A stretch of 56,228 bases of DNA from a virus (taxonomy: Duplodnaviria; Caudoviricetes): positions 1-56,228 of the IMG/VR virus record IMGVR_UViG_3300026302_000007; one strand, 5' to 3'. Below, piece by piece: positions 18,710 to 28,975 of the stretch. The notes beneath the pieces are model-generated. The model saw nothing but the letters and a program-made list of their open reading frames with translations, made no database searches and had not been told where the DNA came from. Both the position numbers and the translations under genes were made by a program. Within the stretch, counting starts at the first letter, position 1. Each line of letters begins with the position of its first letter.

Positions 18710-20200
18710 ATGAGTTCATCGAATCTGGTTCGTATCGGTTACAAAAAAGAGGCTGTCTACGGTGTGACGCCAGCTTCGGTGAAAGCTGCCCTCGTATCGG
18801 GCGACATCACCTTCACGGCTGTGAATGGCGGAGAAGAGGGAAACCAATTCTCGGTCGAGAAGCTCGACACTGTTGCCGCTGGGGCTGAAGTCGCAACGAT
18901 CCAAGGTAAGAAAATCTCTATCGCAATTGAATCTGGCGTCTCAACCGCGACCCAGGTCATGGCGGCCCTCAGCGCAATCTCGGCGGCTCTTGCCACACTC
19001 GGCGTTTCGGCGGCGATCACAGGCACCGCAGGAAACGCGCAGAATGCTGCCGCTGAAGCTCCTCTCACGGGTGGATCAGGTTCTTTCAAGACTGCCCGAT
19101 TCACTTCTGAGCAGTACACCGGAACTCCCGAGACAACTCAGTCTCAGCAAATTCGAACTGATCGCCAAGCATCTGGACAAGTCGTTACCGGCCTGACCGT
19201 TGACGGCGGCCACAACTTTGAATTGGCGAAAGAGGAAGCTCTTGAGGATTTCATCGAGAGCGCGATGTGCAGCGAGTGGGTTTCCACTCCCGAAGTTTTG
19301 GTTGCTCTGACCTTGAACAACTCGACGAAAAAACTCACGCGCGTTTCTGGAAGCTTCACGGGCGAGGGAGTTGTTGTTGGCGACTTCGTACAGCTCGAGG
19401 GTTTCCCGACAACGGCCAACAACGTGGTCGTCATGGTGACAGCGGTCTCTGCTCTTGAGATCACATACGCTGGCCCCAAAGGAATGGTCTCTGAGTCGGG
19501 CGGCGACTCCTACCAAGTCTGCGACAAGATCACGATTGGCATCGAGAAGAAGTCTCTCACCATCGAAAAAACATTCCTGGATCTCACGGACAAAGCCATC
19601 GTCTACCGTGGCGCCATCGTGAGCCAGATGGAACTCAATGTTGAATACGGGTCTCTCGTCACTGGTTCGTTCCAGACGAGCGGAAACGGCTACGAGCCCG
19701 CCAATGTGGCTTCGGAGTTCGCTTCGTATCAAACCTCGTTCTCTCCTCCGGCAAACACCTCGAGCTTAAACGGCTCGGTGGACATGCCTTTCATCGCGAC
19801 CAATGTCTCTGGATCTTGGGAACAGGATGCCTTCTGTCTTCAAAACCTGAGCATCAGTCTGAACAACAACCTGACGGTTCAAAACTGTATCGGAAAAGCG
19901 GCTCCTGAGAACTACTCGCTGGGGACAGCGGAAGTTTCAGCGGATCTCTCGTCGTACCTGAAGGACACAAACTGGGGGCTTCTCGCGCGCAAACTCTCGC
20001 AGCAGCCCTTTGCCATCGGCGGCCTTCTCCAAAACTTTGACGGCTGGTACGGGTTCTACATCCCGGCGCTTCAAGTTTCTTTTGACGACCCGCAGTCTGG
20101 CGGCCAGAACCAAGAAGTCTCGATGGAGATGTCTGGAATGGCGAAGGTGGGAGCAAACGGCGAGAAGGCTTTGACTTTCTACCGAGCGCCCACGGTATAG
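18710..20200 (+). CDS. Major tail tube protein with inserted domains
   Basis: Y.KE..YGVTP, SQQIRTDRQ, SLTIEKTF.D, LSISLNNNL, FYIP; followed by a terminator and the chaperone. Confidence 0.88.
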   Translation: MSSSNLVRIGYKKEAVYGVTPASVKAALVSGDITFTAVNGGEEGNQFSVEKLDTVAAGAEVATIQGKKISIAIESGVSTATQVMAALSAISAALATLGVSAAITGTAGNAQNAAAEAPLTGGSGSFKTARFTSEQYTGTPETTQSQQIRTDRQASGQVVTGLTVDGGHNFELAKEEALEDFIESAMCSEWVSTPEVLVALTLNNSTKKLTRVSGSFTGEGVVVGDFVQLEGFPTTANNVVVMVTAVSALEITYAGPKGMVSESGGDSYQVCDKITIGIEKKSLTIEKTFLDLTDKAIVYRGAIVSQMELNVEYGSLVTGSFQTSGNGYEPANVASEFASYQTSFSPPANTSSLNGSVDMPFIATNVSGSWEQDAFCLQNLSISLNNNLTVQNCIGKAAPENYSLGTAEVSADLSSYLKDTNWGLLARKLSQQPFAIGGLLQNFDGWYGFYIPALQVSFDDPQSGGQNQEVSMEMSGMAKVGANGEKALTFYRAPTV

Positions 20201-20244
20201 TTTCACGCAGGTGAAATCTGTTGTTTCCTCGGCTTTTACCCACT

Positions 20245-20275
20245 CACCCCGGTCTTGACCGGGGTGTTTTATTTT
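20245..20275 (+). terminator. Rho-independent terminator
   Basis: CACCCCGGTC-tt-GACCGGGGTG followed by TTTTATTTT. Confidence 0.85.
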
Positions 20276-20307
20276 GAAATAACTTGTGAACAACTGAGAG
20301 GGGAAAC

Positions 20308-20706
20308 ATGAAATCGAATCTGAATAAGCTTTTCAAGACCGACGAGAAAATGGAAAAAGAGGGAATCTACTTTGAGGTCGATTCCACCACGGCCTTTAAG
20401 ATCCGCCGCTTCAACGACAAAAATCCGCGAGCCAAGGCCGCTATGGCCAATCACTTCAAGCCCTACGCCCGGCAAATTGAGTTGGGGACCGTTGACCCGG
20501 AGAAAATGCGAGAGATCAACGTTATGATCTTTGTGGACGTTTGTCTGGCTGGATGGGAAGGAGTCCTGGATGAGAATGAAAAACCAATTGAGTTCAATCG
20601 GGCCAACGCCATCGAGCTTTTAAAAGAGCTTCCGGATCTGTTTGACACGCTCTGGAAACACGCCAACAATTTTGAGAACTACCGAGAAGACCTGGGAAAC
20701 TCCTAG
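20308..20706 (+). CDS. Tail assembly chaperone (gpG-like)
   Basis: Between tube and tape measure; LAGWEGV..F.RANAIELL; ends ...LGNS at slippery G GGA AAC. Confidence 0.85.
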   Translation: MKSNLNKLFKTDEKMEKEGIYFEVDSTTAFKIRRFNDKNPRAKAAMANHFKPYARQIELGTVDPEKMREINVMIFVDVCLAGWEGVLDENEKPIEFNRANAIELLKELPDLFDTLWKHANNFENYREDLGNS

Positions 20707-21122
20707 AGCGCCATCAGCGATGGTCCTGGAAGTGGCGCAAGGAACTGGCGAACGGCTTCTATTGGAAGCTGCTCGCTGACGGGTTCATAGACGAAAAAGA
20801 CCAAGAGCCCACCATTACGGGGTTCGAATTTTATTTTGACGCGTTCGGAGAACTTTCGACATCGAGACCTTCTGGTCTTGGTGTTGGAGCTATTCCGTTT
20901 ACAGCCATCTGGGATTATTTTACGATTTACGAGTTAACGGATTTTGATGAGTTTCTGTGGTTGATTCGAAGGATGGACATGGTCTTCCTCGAATTGCACG
21001 CATCTGAGATGAAGGCTGAAAAGAAGAGTAGCAACCCAGGAGTAGCAAATGGCGGCACCAACCCAGGTAAGGCGAATCCAAGTAAAAATGGACGCTCCGG
21101 GAGTAAAAGAGGCTCTCGATAG
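20697..21122 (+). CDS. gpGT-like extension reached by -1 frameshift
   Basis: Open -1 frame from GGGAAAC (20694-20700): KLLERHQRWSWKW...FDAFGELSTSRPSGLGVGAIPFTAIWDY...IRRMD; no early ATG. Confidence 0.8.
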   Translation, partial: KLLERHQRWSWKWRKELANGFYWKLLADGFIDEKDQEPTITGFEFYFDAFGELSTSRPSGLGVGAIPFTAIWDYFTIYELTDFDEFLWLIRRMDMVFLELHASEMKAEKKSSNPGVANGGTNPGKANPSKNGRSGSKRGSR

Positions 21123-23379
21123 CATGGCCAAGTCCATGGGCTATCTGACGAAGAACACTAAATCGGTTGCCGACAATATGTCTTTCCTGACGAACGCTTT
21201 CCGAAGCTGGATCGGATTTCTCGGCGTCCGTGAACTCACGCGCATGTCAGACCAAATGCAAAACTTCACCAACCGTTTAAAGGTCAATGCCCAAGCGGGC
21301 GAAGACGTGGCGGTGACGTTGCAAAAAATTGCGGACATTGCCGACCGAACAAATCAGTCAGTCGGGGAAGTCGGCGTGGTCTACAACCGTATGAACCAGG
21401 CTTTGAAGTCCTCGGGAGCAAACAGTAAAGAAGTTTTGGCCCTGACTGAATCTCTCATCAACACGTTCCGTATTTCTGGGGCGACCACGACAGAGACCTC
21501 TAACGGCATCTTGCAGCTTTCTCAGGCCTTCAATAAGGGTAAACTGGATGGTGACGAGTTCCGATCAGTCATGGAACAAAATGCCGTCATCGCCGACGCT
21601 TTGAAAAAGAAGTTTGGCGCTCAAATCTATGACAAGGCCGCATCTGGAGCGATCCGCCTCGGCGACATCGTAAAATTCTTGACGGAGGATTTCAGAAAAC
21701 TTTCTGGCCAGTCCGCACAGCTTCAGCCGACTTTTGAGCAAACCCTTACCAAAGCGACGAACACCCTCGCGCTTACTGTTGGCAGTCTAAATGACAAATT
21801 CCAACTGTCTGCCAAGTTCGCAACTTTGGTTGGATTTGCCATGGAGAACCTTGGCTCTATTCTCGCCATCGTTACCCCGATGCTGATCCTCTGGGCGAGC
21901 ACGTACATTCCGAACCTGATTACTCAGCTTAACAATCTTCGTATTGCCGGAATGTTGTTCTTCACCTCCAACCCTCTTCTTCTTGCGTTCACCGCCATCA
22001 CGGTCGGGATTGGCCTTCTCTACGCCAATTGGGACAAGTTCATGAATTTGGTGAACAGGTCTCGCGCGGGACTTCTTGATTTCCTGGCTGACGCTGAACA
22101 GGCGGCGTTGGGCCTTCGAAAATCTGGAGTTGCTCTTTTCGGCGGAGACACCAAGGCCCTTGAAGAAGCATCGCAGGGACGAATCAAATCTTTCCGAGAC
22201 AATGCTGCGGCCATTCGAGATATGGTGAAAGCTCAAGAGGAAGCCGCCGCTGCGGCCAAGGGAAATCCAGGACAGTTGATGACGGAGCAAGAGAAAGCTT
22301 TGAAGTCTCTCAGGGAAAAACTGAATGCCATGCCAAAAGACCAAAAGCCGAAAAAAGTGAAAGAAATGCTCGCTGAGTTCAACGTAGCCTTGGACGAAGG
22401 GCGCATCTCTCTCCAAGAGTACAATAAAAAGCTCATCGACTTCGAACTCTATAAACTCAATCGCGGGTTTCGTGAAGGGAAGATGGATGTCGTCGCGTAT
22501 CGCGACAAGCTGCTGGAATTAAATATTCAAGATCTCACTCGCCAATTGAAGTCTGGAGTCATCAGTCTCAATGAGTTCAATTCCATGCTGGCGAATGAGA
22601 AGATCTCTGTGCTTACCGAGAAATTCAATCTCGGAAAAATTAGTCTCAGGGAATACAACGAAGAACTCACCAAGCTCGAGGATAAATTTAGACCTGGATC
22701 TGCCTTTCAGGCGGGAGCTTTGAGCTATCTCGAGTCCATCGGCACGCTCTCACAGGGAATTGCCAAGGGGATCGAACAAGCGTTCGGACACCTTGAGGAC
22801 AATCTTTTTGATTTTGTCAAAACGGGAGAGTTCAATTTCAATAAGTTTGCGCAGTCAGTCCTTGATGATCTCACCAAGATCATCATCAAGGCCAGCATCA
22901 TGCGACCGCTTGTCCAAGGGATCACAGGAATGGACATCTTCACTGGCGGGGGCGGAGACTACTCGACGACCGCTGGAAGTGGAGGCGGCCAGGGCTCCTA
23001 CTTGATGAATGCCAAAGGAAATGCTTTCGGTCCTGGCGGCGTGACTGCTTTTGCAAACGGCGGGATTGTAGACAACCCCACCATGTTTAGCTACGGGCGA
23101 AGCAAGATGGGAGTCATGGGGGAAAAAGGCCCGGAGGCCATTCTTCCCCTCCAGCGCGACGGAGCCGGAAACCTCGGAGTTTCAGGAGCGGGTGCGAATG
23201 TCATTGTGAACGTCATCAACCAATCGGGCGCAGATGTGGAGACCAAAGAGTCTTCTGGACCAAATGGCGAACGCGTTCTGGACATGATTATCACCAGCAA
23301 AGTGAAGGGCGCATTCGCGAGCGGGGCTCTTGATAAGGAAATGAAAGCCAACTACGGCATCTCGCGAAGGGGGACATAA
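21049..23379 (+). CDS. Tape measure protein
   Basis: LQLSQAF.KGKLDGDEFRSVMEQN; lambda-type C-terminal region; FANGGIV..PT, GVMGEKGPEAILPL. Confidence 0.95.
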   Translation: MAAPTQVRRIQVKMDAPGVKEALDSMAKSMGYLTKNTKSVADNMSFLTNAFRSWIGFLGVRELTRMSDQMQNFTNRLKVNAQAGEDVAVTLQKIADIADRTNQSVGEVGVVYNRMNQALKSSGANSKEVLALTESLINTFRISGATTTETSNGILQLSQAFNKGKLDGDEFRSVMEQNAVIADALKKKFGAQIYDKAASGAIRLGDIVKFLTEDFRKLSGQSAQLQPTFEQTLTKATNTLALTVGSLNDKFQLSAKFATLVGFAMENLGSILAIVTPMLILWASTYIPNLITQLNNLRIAGMLFFTSNPLLLAFTAITVGIGLLYANWDKFMNLVNRSRAGLLDFLADAEQAALGLRKSGVALFGGDTKALEEASQGRIKSFRDNAAAIRDMVKAQEEAAAAAKGNPGQLMTEQEKALKSLREKLNAMPKDQKPKKVKEMLAEFNVALDEGRISLQEYNKKLIDFELYKLNRGFREGKMDVVAYRDKLLELNIQDLTRQLKSGVISLNEFNSMLANEKISVLTEKFNLGKISLREYNEELTKLEDKFRPGSAFQAGALSYLESIGTLSQGIAKGIEQAFGHLEDNLFDFVKTGEFNFNKFAQSVLDDLTKIIIKASIMRPLVQGITGMDIFTGGGGDYSTTAGSGGGQGSYLMNAKGNAFGPGGVTAFANGGIVDNPTMFSYGRSKMGVMGEKGPEAILPLQRDGAGNLGVSGAGANVIVNVINQSGADVETKESSGPNGERVLDMIITSKVKGAFASGALDKEMKANYGISRRGT

Positions 23380-23381
23380 CT

Positions 23382-23735
23382 ATGGCGGCAGCGTGGCCAG
23401 CGTTCCTACAGCAACGCCTCAATGAGGCCGGGTTTTCATATCTCTTTGGGGACACAGTTCTTCGTTCGCAGAACGACACGGGCCCGATCAAGAGGCGCCG
23501 ACGCACAACCAAGTCGGTGGACAAAATCCAATGTACAGTCAATATCAAGTACAGCGATTTTACGGACTTCTACGACTTCTGGGATGTGACTTTAAACGGC
23601 GGGGTCACTCCCTTCACATTCAATCATCCGTTCACACAGGTCCCCGCTGATTTTTACATGGCGGAGCCGCCACGAATGTCTCCCCTGGGCGGCCTTGAGT
23701 ACACACTCTCAATGGTCTGGGAAACGGTGCCGTAG
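23382..23735 (+). CDS. Distal/minor tail protein
   Basis: LRSQNDTGPIKRRRR.T, FYDFW..TLNGGVTPF..HP; directly after the tape measure gene. Confidence 0.75.
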   Translation: MAAAWPAFLQQRLNEAGFSYLFGDTVLRSQNDTGPIKRRRRTTKSVDKIQCTVNIKYSDFTDFYDFWDVTLNGGVTPFTFNHPFTQVPADFYMAEPPRMSPLGGLEYTLSMVWETVP

Positions 23736-23737
23736 AC

Positions 23738-24211
23738 GTGGCAAATCAACTGTCCCCAGCAATGCTGGCTCAGATTTTTGCCCAAGACTCGGATGATCCG
23801 TTCTTGATGCTCGTCACTCTCTCGCATGAGAGTTTTGATGAGCCCATTCGTTTGGTGAATAACACTGAAGAAATCATCTCGCGCGGGGAGACATTTACTC
23901 CGTTCCCGATGCGGGCCCGATTTCCTGTTGACGATGGGGAATCCGCTCGCGACTTCACCATGGAGTTTGACAACGTCTCCCTGGACTTGATCGCGGCCAT
24001 GAGAACCGTCACCTCGCAAATTGGAGTGAAGATCGAACTGATTTTGGCCTCGATGCCGAATGAAGTTCAGATGATTCAGGATGATCTTTTGATCGGGGCT
24101 ATCAACTACAATCAGTCCACGATTCAAGTCAAAATCATCCTCGATAGTTTTTTGAACACGGAACTTACATCGGAGACCTATGGACCAACGAATTTCCCGG
24201 GCCTGTTCTAA
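23738..24211 (+). CDS. Tail tip protein (DUF1833-like)
   Basis: L.TLSH..F..PIRLVNN.E.I.SRG..F...P...TP..FPGLF pattern. Confidence 0.75.
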   Translation: MANQLSPAMLAQIFAQDSDDPFLMLVTLSHESFDEPIRLVNNTEEIISRGETFTPFPMRARFPVDDGESARDFTMEFDNVSLDLIAAMRTVTSQIGVKIELILASMPNEVQMIQDDLLIGAINYNQSTIQVKIILDSFLNTELTSETYGPTNFPGLF

Positions 24212-24569
24212 ACTGGTCGGGACAACATACGAGAAGCTCGATTGCTGGGAGGCTGTTGTGGCCTTCTACCGCGAAGCTTTTGGTTTGTCGTTGAACACGT
24301 ATTATGGTCTCGAGAGACCTTCGCGCGAGGAGACCCAAGGTCTCATCAAAACAAACGAAGGAAAGTTCGACAAAGTTGAAGTTCCCATGGCCGGGGATTT
24401 GATCTTATTCAAAGTTATGGGATTTGAGAGCCACATCGGAATCTACTTGGATGAGCAAACTTTCTTTCACTCGACCAAGGGAGTGGGAGTGGCGATTGAC
24501 AGATTTGAAAAGTGGAAGCGTAAGGCCGTTGGCTTCTACAGACACCGCGCTTCGGGAGATGCAACTTGA
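24180..24569 (+). CDS. NlpC/P60 tail-associated protein
   Basis: LDCWEAV, GDLILF, SHIGIYL, FFHS. Confidence 0.85.
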   Translation: MDQRISRACSKLVGTTYEKLDCWEAVVAFYREAFGLSLNTYYGLERPSREETQGLIKTNEGKFDKVEVPMAGDLILFKVMGFESHIGIYLDEQTFFHSTKGVGVAIDRFEKWKRKAVGFYRHRASGDAT

Positions 24570-27500
24570 TTCGACTGAATTTTAAAAAATTAGAAGGAAG
24601 CGGACAAGACAACCTGGAGATTCAGATCCAGGACGGGGAACTCGTTCCTCATGCGGTTGAGCGAGCGTTGGCCGGAGTCGATCTCGGAGAAAGAAAGGCT
24701 GAGGAGATTTTCACGGTCGTGGTCAACGGCCACATTATCCCTCCCGACATGTGGCCTTTCACAAAGCTCGCTGGGAGCGACAACGTCCTCATCACTCCGA
24801 CTCTTAAAGGCGGGGACAACAGCGGCCTTTTCCGCCAAGTTCTATTCGTCGCGATCACTGCGATTGCAACTTTTTACCTGGGCCCGGCAGGTCTTGGTCT
24901 TCAGGGCGGGGCTTTGGCCGCCGCAACCGCCGCTGTCACCATTGGTGCCGCCCTTCTCACAAATGCTCTGATCCCTCCTCCGGTTCCCAATCAGGATGGG
25001 CTGGGAGGAAAAGACGATATTTCTGGATCCCAGATGTACGCCATCTCCGGGCAAAGCAATGAGGTGCGCAGATTTAAGACTGTTCCCAAGGTGTACGGCG
25101 AGCACCGCATGTTTCCTGTCATTGCGTCCAATCCGTACACGGATATGGAAGTTGATCCGGGGACCGGAGAACTTGCTCAGTATCTTTACGCCATCTATGA
25201 CTTCGGTCTCGGGCCCGCGAGTGTTCGCGATCTCAAAATCGGAAACACGTCGATTGATGAGTTCGATGATTTTCTCATCAACTTTGTGGATTTCAATAAG
25301 CCTGCCGTCAATGAAGGACCTTGGGATGAGGCTCTCAACAACCAGCTTCTCTATTACAAGGGCGACCCTACGACAGAGAATCTCTCTATCGCTTTGAACG
25401 ACAACCAGGCAGCGGGCGGGCCGGAGGATGGTTACAAAGTCATTAGAAATACCCCCGTCAACACGGACAACTCTCCGCAAGAGATCCAACTCACATTCGT
25501 AAATCCGCGCGGCCTTTTCGCGGTCAACTCTGGAGGAGTTTTCTCTGAGAGGACAATCAATCTCGACATTCATTTCGCTGAAATCGGGACTGACGACTGG
25601 AAGGCCTACAATGATTACGATGAGGTTTCCTCTTTCACTTCGGCTGGCGGAACCTCAGTGTACGATGCCAAGCAGTGGGAAATTCCTCAGCCCCACTTGA
25701 TGGAGTCTCTTGATCCTGATGGCGGAACGAATCCCGACATTGGACTATTTTTCAATCCGGATACGGGCGGGCCATATCACGTTAAACTTTCTGAGGGCGG
25801 CCTTAAGCAAAAAAATCTGGACTATTGGACCGTTTTCACTCCGTACATCAACGTGTGGGTGAGGCCCACGACGTATGGATTCCCTGCTGGCGCAACGAAA
25901 GTTTATGCCGGGGTTGAAGAGGGAACTCCGTTTGAGATCATGGAGAACACGACCCTCATCTACAACAACGTGCCTCTTGGGAAAGTGCAGTCGGTTCTTT
26001 ACATTCTGGCCGGGACTCCTGAGGGGGAGCCCTACTATGAAATCACCCTGCAAGAACCTTTGCAGGTTGATGTTCCTATTTACTCCTATGAGGTTGTCAC
26101 CCCGGAAACTCGCATCCATGCCACGGACGGAAAATACTACTGTCCGATGGGACCGGCTGGGGAAATGCCGTACAAAAAGTGGTTCATCGGGCCGCCCACA
26201 CTTGGCAAAGCCCAAATCTCTCGCGCGGACAACGGGACTGTGTACTCGACATTCAAATTCACTCCCAAGAACCCAGGACAATACCGCGTTCGCATCGTTC
26301 GCACCTCGACAGTCTCTTCTGTGACAAATTCGGTGTCAGATGAACTCACGCTGGTGGGACTCACTACGCGTTTTGACCGGGCCCCGATCCGCACCGACAA
26401 ACGCCACGTTTTCCTCGAGGTGAAGATCCGAGCGACCAATCAGTTGAATGGAAATATCACCAACTTGTCGGGGGTAGTGTCTTCGGTTGTCGAGGTTTAC
26501 AACCCGAACACGGACACTTGGTCGAAGCAGGAATCTAACAATCCGGCCTGGATTTTTACGGATCTCATGATCGGCCAAGGAAACAAGAGACCTCTTGCCA
26601 AAGAGCGTTTGCATCTTCCCTCACTCGTGGAGTGGGCGAATTACTGCGACCAAGTTCCGGACTCTCCTGAGGATTACACTTACTCACAAAAGCGTTTCCA
26701 GACGAACTTCGTTTTGGACTATACGGCCACTCTTCAAACTGTTTTGAATCAGGTTTCAAATGCGGCCCAGGCATCCATCAACGTCATCGACGGAAAATAC
26801 GGCGTTTTGATCGACCGTAGAAAAGATGTTCCGGTTCAGATCTTCACTCCGAGAAACTCTCGCGGGTTTAGTTCTTCGCGCATCTACACAGTTCGCCCGC
26901 ACGGTCTAAAAGTGAAATACATCGAGCCCGGAAAAAACTGGGAAGTCGATGAGGTCATTGCCTATGACAACGGGTACAATGCGGAGAACGCAGAAGAGTT
27001 CGAGGAGATCACATCCTTCGCTTGTACGAACATCGAGCAGGCGTGGCGCTTTGGTCGATACAACATTGCCCAGAACCGCCTACGCCAAGAGACGATGTCG
27101 ATCACCGTGGACTTCGAAGGCCTCGTGTGTACGCGCGGAGACTTTGTCCAGATCACTCAAGATGTGATGCGAGTCGGGGGAACTCCTGCCCGCGTGAAGT
27201 CTTTTGACGGGGCTCAAATTACCATCGACGACGGCCTGGAAATCAATCCAGCCCTCACGTATGGATACACCTACCGATCTTCGTCCAATGGACAAATTTT
27301 AACATCGACGTGTACGCCCATTGAGCCAGATGTCTTCGAACTTGACGGCTCGATCCCGGCAGTTGGGGATCTCATCGTCATTGGTGAGGTTGGGAAAATT
27401 GTCTTTGACTGCATCGTAAAGTCCATCACTCCTGAAGATGACTTCAGCGCCAATATCGTTTTGGTCGAAAAAGCGGACGCCGTTTACGACGCGGAATCCA

Positions 27501-28963
27501 CAACTGTTTTCCCCGAGTATCAAGCGAAGATCTCTACCACTTCAGATCCCAACTTCACTCCTCCAGGAACGATTGAGAATTTTGTCATCGCCGACAGCGG
27601 ATGGGAATGTGCGGATGCCGGTTATCGCTACTTCACGCTTCTGGACTGGGACATTCCGACTGGATCAGTGTACGAGATTTTTGAAATCTATGTGAATGAC
27701 GGTCGAGGCTTCACCCTGGCGGGGACAACGCGCGACTCATTCTACAACTACACGGTTGCCCCTGATCGTCTCGGAATCCAACATAGCTACAAGGTGCTCG
27801 CTGTCTCTGTCACTGGTAAGAAGCTCGAGCTTGTTGCGGTCCCGACGATCACGAATACCCCGGTCGCAAAAAACACTCCTCCTTCCGATGTTGAGCGGCT
27901 CTCGACTGACATCACGGGAGAAGTCCTTCAGCTTTCGTGGCCGCAGGTGAATGACTGCGACGTGAAAGAATATTTGATCCGCTTCTCGCCGACCCAGGAT
28001 GGATACTGGGAGTATTCAATTCCCTTGCTGCGCGTGGATCGAAATACGACGCTGGCATCCACCCAGGCCCGCACAGGCCTCTATCTCATCAAGGCTGTGG
28101 ACTTCAACGGCAATGAGTCGGTCGTTGCCGCCCGCGCGATTACGACCATTCCGAATCTTTTCAATCTGAATGTGATTGAGGAGATGACTGATTTCCCGGA
28201 CCTTGGCGGAGGTTTTGAGCAAACGGAACAGGACAGCGGGGCCTTGGTCCTCCAGACTAAAGTTGTGGGCGGAGTCGGCACCAATGAGTATTACGAAGAG
28301 GGTTACTACTACTACGAGAACCTTCTCGATTTGAGCGAGATCTACACTGTTCGTCTCCAGTCTTTGATCCAGGCCGAGGGCTACACCATCGGCGACCTGA
28401 TGATTAATTGGGACACTCTCGACTCGGTGCAATACTTGGCAAACTCTCGCAACTCCGAGTGGGATGTCGAAACCCAGTACCGCTCGACAGAGTCGCTCAA
28501 CGTCATGGCCGAGTGGATCACTCTGGATTCGGTAGACCCGCTGTCCACGGGAGTTTCCGACAACTTCACCGAGTGGCGCAAGTTTACCATCGGGGATGCG
28601 ACGGCCCGGATTTTCCAGTTCCGCTTGAAACTCATCAGCAACAAGCCTAACGTGACACCAAGAGTTTTTGACGGGACAATTCGAGCAGACATGCCAGATC
28701 GGTATGAGGCTTACGCCAACCTCGTCGCAACAGACACGGATGGGTATGAGCTTATTTACGATCCAGCGTTTGCGGGACCTACTACTGGTGTTGCAGTTCA
28801 GATCTCTATTGATGGAGCAGAGTCAGGAGATCGTTGGGAGTTCGACTACAGAGACAAAACCGGATTCAAGATTCGTTTCTACGATGCTTCTAATAATCCG
28901 GTGACGAGAACATTTGACGCAGCAGTGAAGGGCTACGGCAGAAAAGCCGCCAGCATCATCTAA
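24566..28963 (+). CDS. Central tail tip / host-specificity protein J (gpI-gpJ fusion-like)
   Basis: N-terminal ubiquitin-like plus hydrophobic segment, VPKVYG.HRMFP, ATNQLNG, SNNPAW, FTPRNS..F, FN3-like repeats; 1465 aa. Confidence 0.92.
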   Translation: MIRLNFKKLEGSGQDNLEIQIQDGELVPHAVERALAGVDLGERKAEEIFTVVVNGHIIPPDMWPFTKLAGSDNVLITPTLKGGDNSGLFRQVLFVAITAIATFYLGPAGLGLQGGALAAATAAVTIGAALLTNALIPPPVPNQDGLGGKDDISGSQMYAISGQSNEVRRFKTVPKVYGEHRMFPVIASNPYTDMEVDPGTGELAQYLYAIYDFGLGPASVRDLKIGNTSIDEFDDFLINFVDFNKPAVNEGPWDEALNNQLLYYKGDPTTENLSIALNDNQAAGGPEDGYKVIRNTPVNTDNSPQEIQLTFVNPRGLFAVNSGGVFSERTINLDIHFAEIGTDDWKAYNDYDEVSSFTSAGGTSVYDAKQWEIPQPHLMESLDPDGGTNPDIGLFFNPDTGGPYHVKLSEGGLKQKNLDYWTVFTPYINVWVRPTTYGFPAGATKVYAGVEEGTPFEIMENTTLIYNNVPLGKVQSVLYILAGTPEGEPYYEITLQEPLQVDVPIYSYEVVTPETRIHATDGKYYCPMGPAGEMPYKKWFIGPPTLGKAQISRADNGTVYSTFKFTPKNPGQYRVRIVRTSTVSSVTNSVSDELTLVGLTTRFDRAPIRTDKRHVFLEVKIRATNQLNGNITNLSGVVSSVVEVYNPNTDTWSKQESNNPAWIFTDLMIGQGNKRPLAKERLHLPSLVEWANYCDQVPDSPEDYTYSQKRFQTNFVLDYTATLQTVLNQVSNAAQASINVIDGKYGVLIDRRKDVPVQIFTPRNSRGFSSSRIYTVRPHGLKVKYIEPGKNWEVDEVIAYDNGYNAENAEEFEEITSFACTNIEQAWRFGRYNIAQNRLRQETMSITVDFEGLVCTRGDFVQITQDVMRVGGTPARVKSFDGAQITIDDGLEINPALTYGYTYRSSSNGQILTSTCTPIEPDVFELDGSIPAVGDLIVIGEVGKIVFDCIVKSITPEDDFSANIVLVEKADAVYDAESTTVFPEYQAKISTTSDPNFTPPGTIENFVIADSGWECADAGYRYFTLLDWDIPTGSVYEIFEIYVNDGRGFTLAGTTRDSFYNYTVAPDRLGIQHSYKVLAVSVTGKKLELVAVPTITNTPVAKNTPPSDVERLSTDITGEVLQLSWPQVNDCDVKEYLIRFSPTQDGYWEYSIPLLRVDRNTTLASTQARTGLYLIKAVDFNGNESVVAARAITTIPNLFNLNVIEEMTDFPDLGGGFEQTEQDSGALVLQTKVVGGVGTNEYYEEGYYYYENLLDLSEIYTVRLQSLIQAEGYTIGDLMINWDTLDSVQYLANSRNSEWDVETQYRSTESLNVMAEWITLDSVDPLSTGVSDNFTEWRKFTIGDATARIFQFRLKLISNKPNVTPRVFDGTIRADMPDRYEAYANLVATDTDGYELIYDPAFAGPTTGVAVQISIDGAESGDRWEFDYRDKTGFKIRFYDASNNPVTRTFDAAVKGYGRKAASII

Positions 28964-28975
28964 GAAAGAGGGAAT

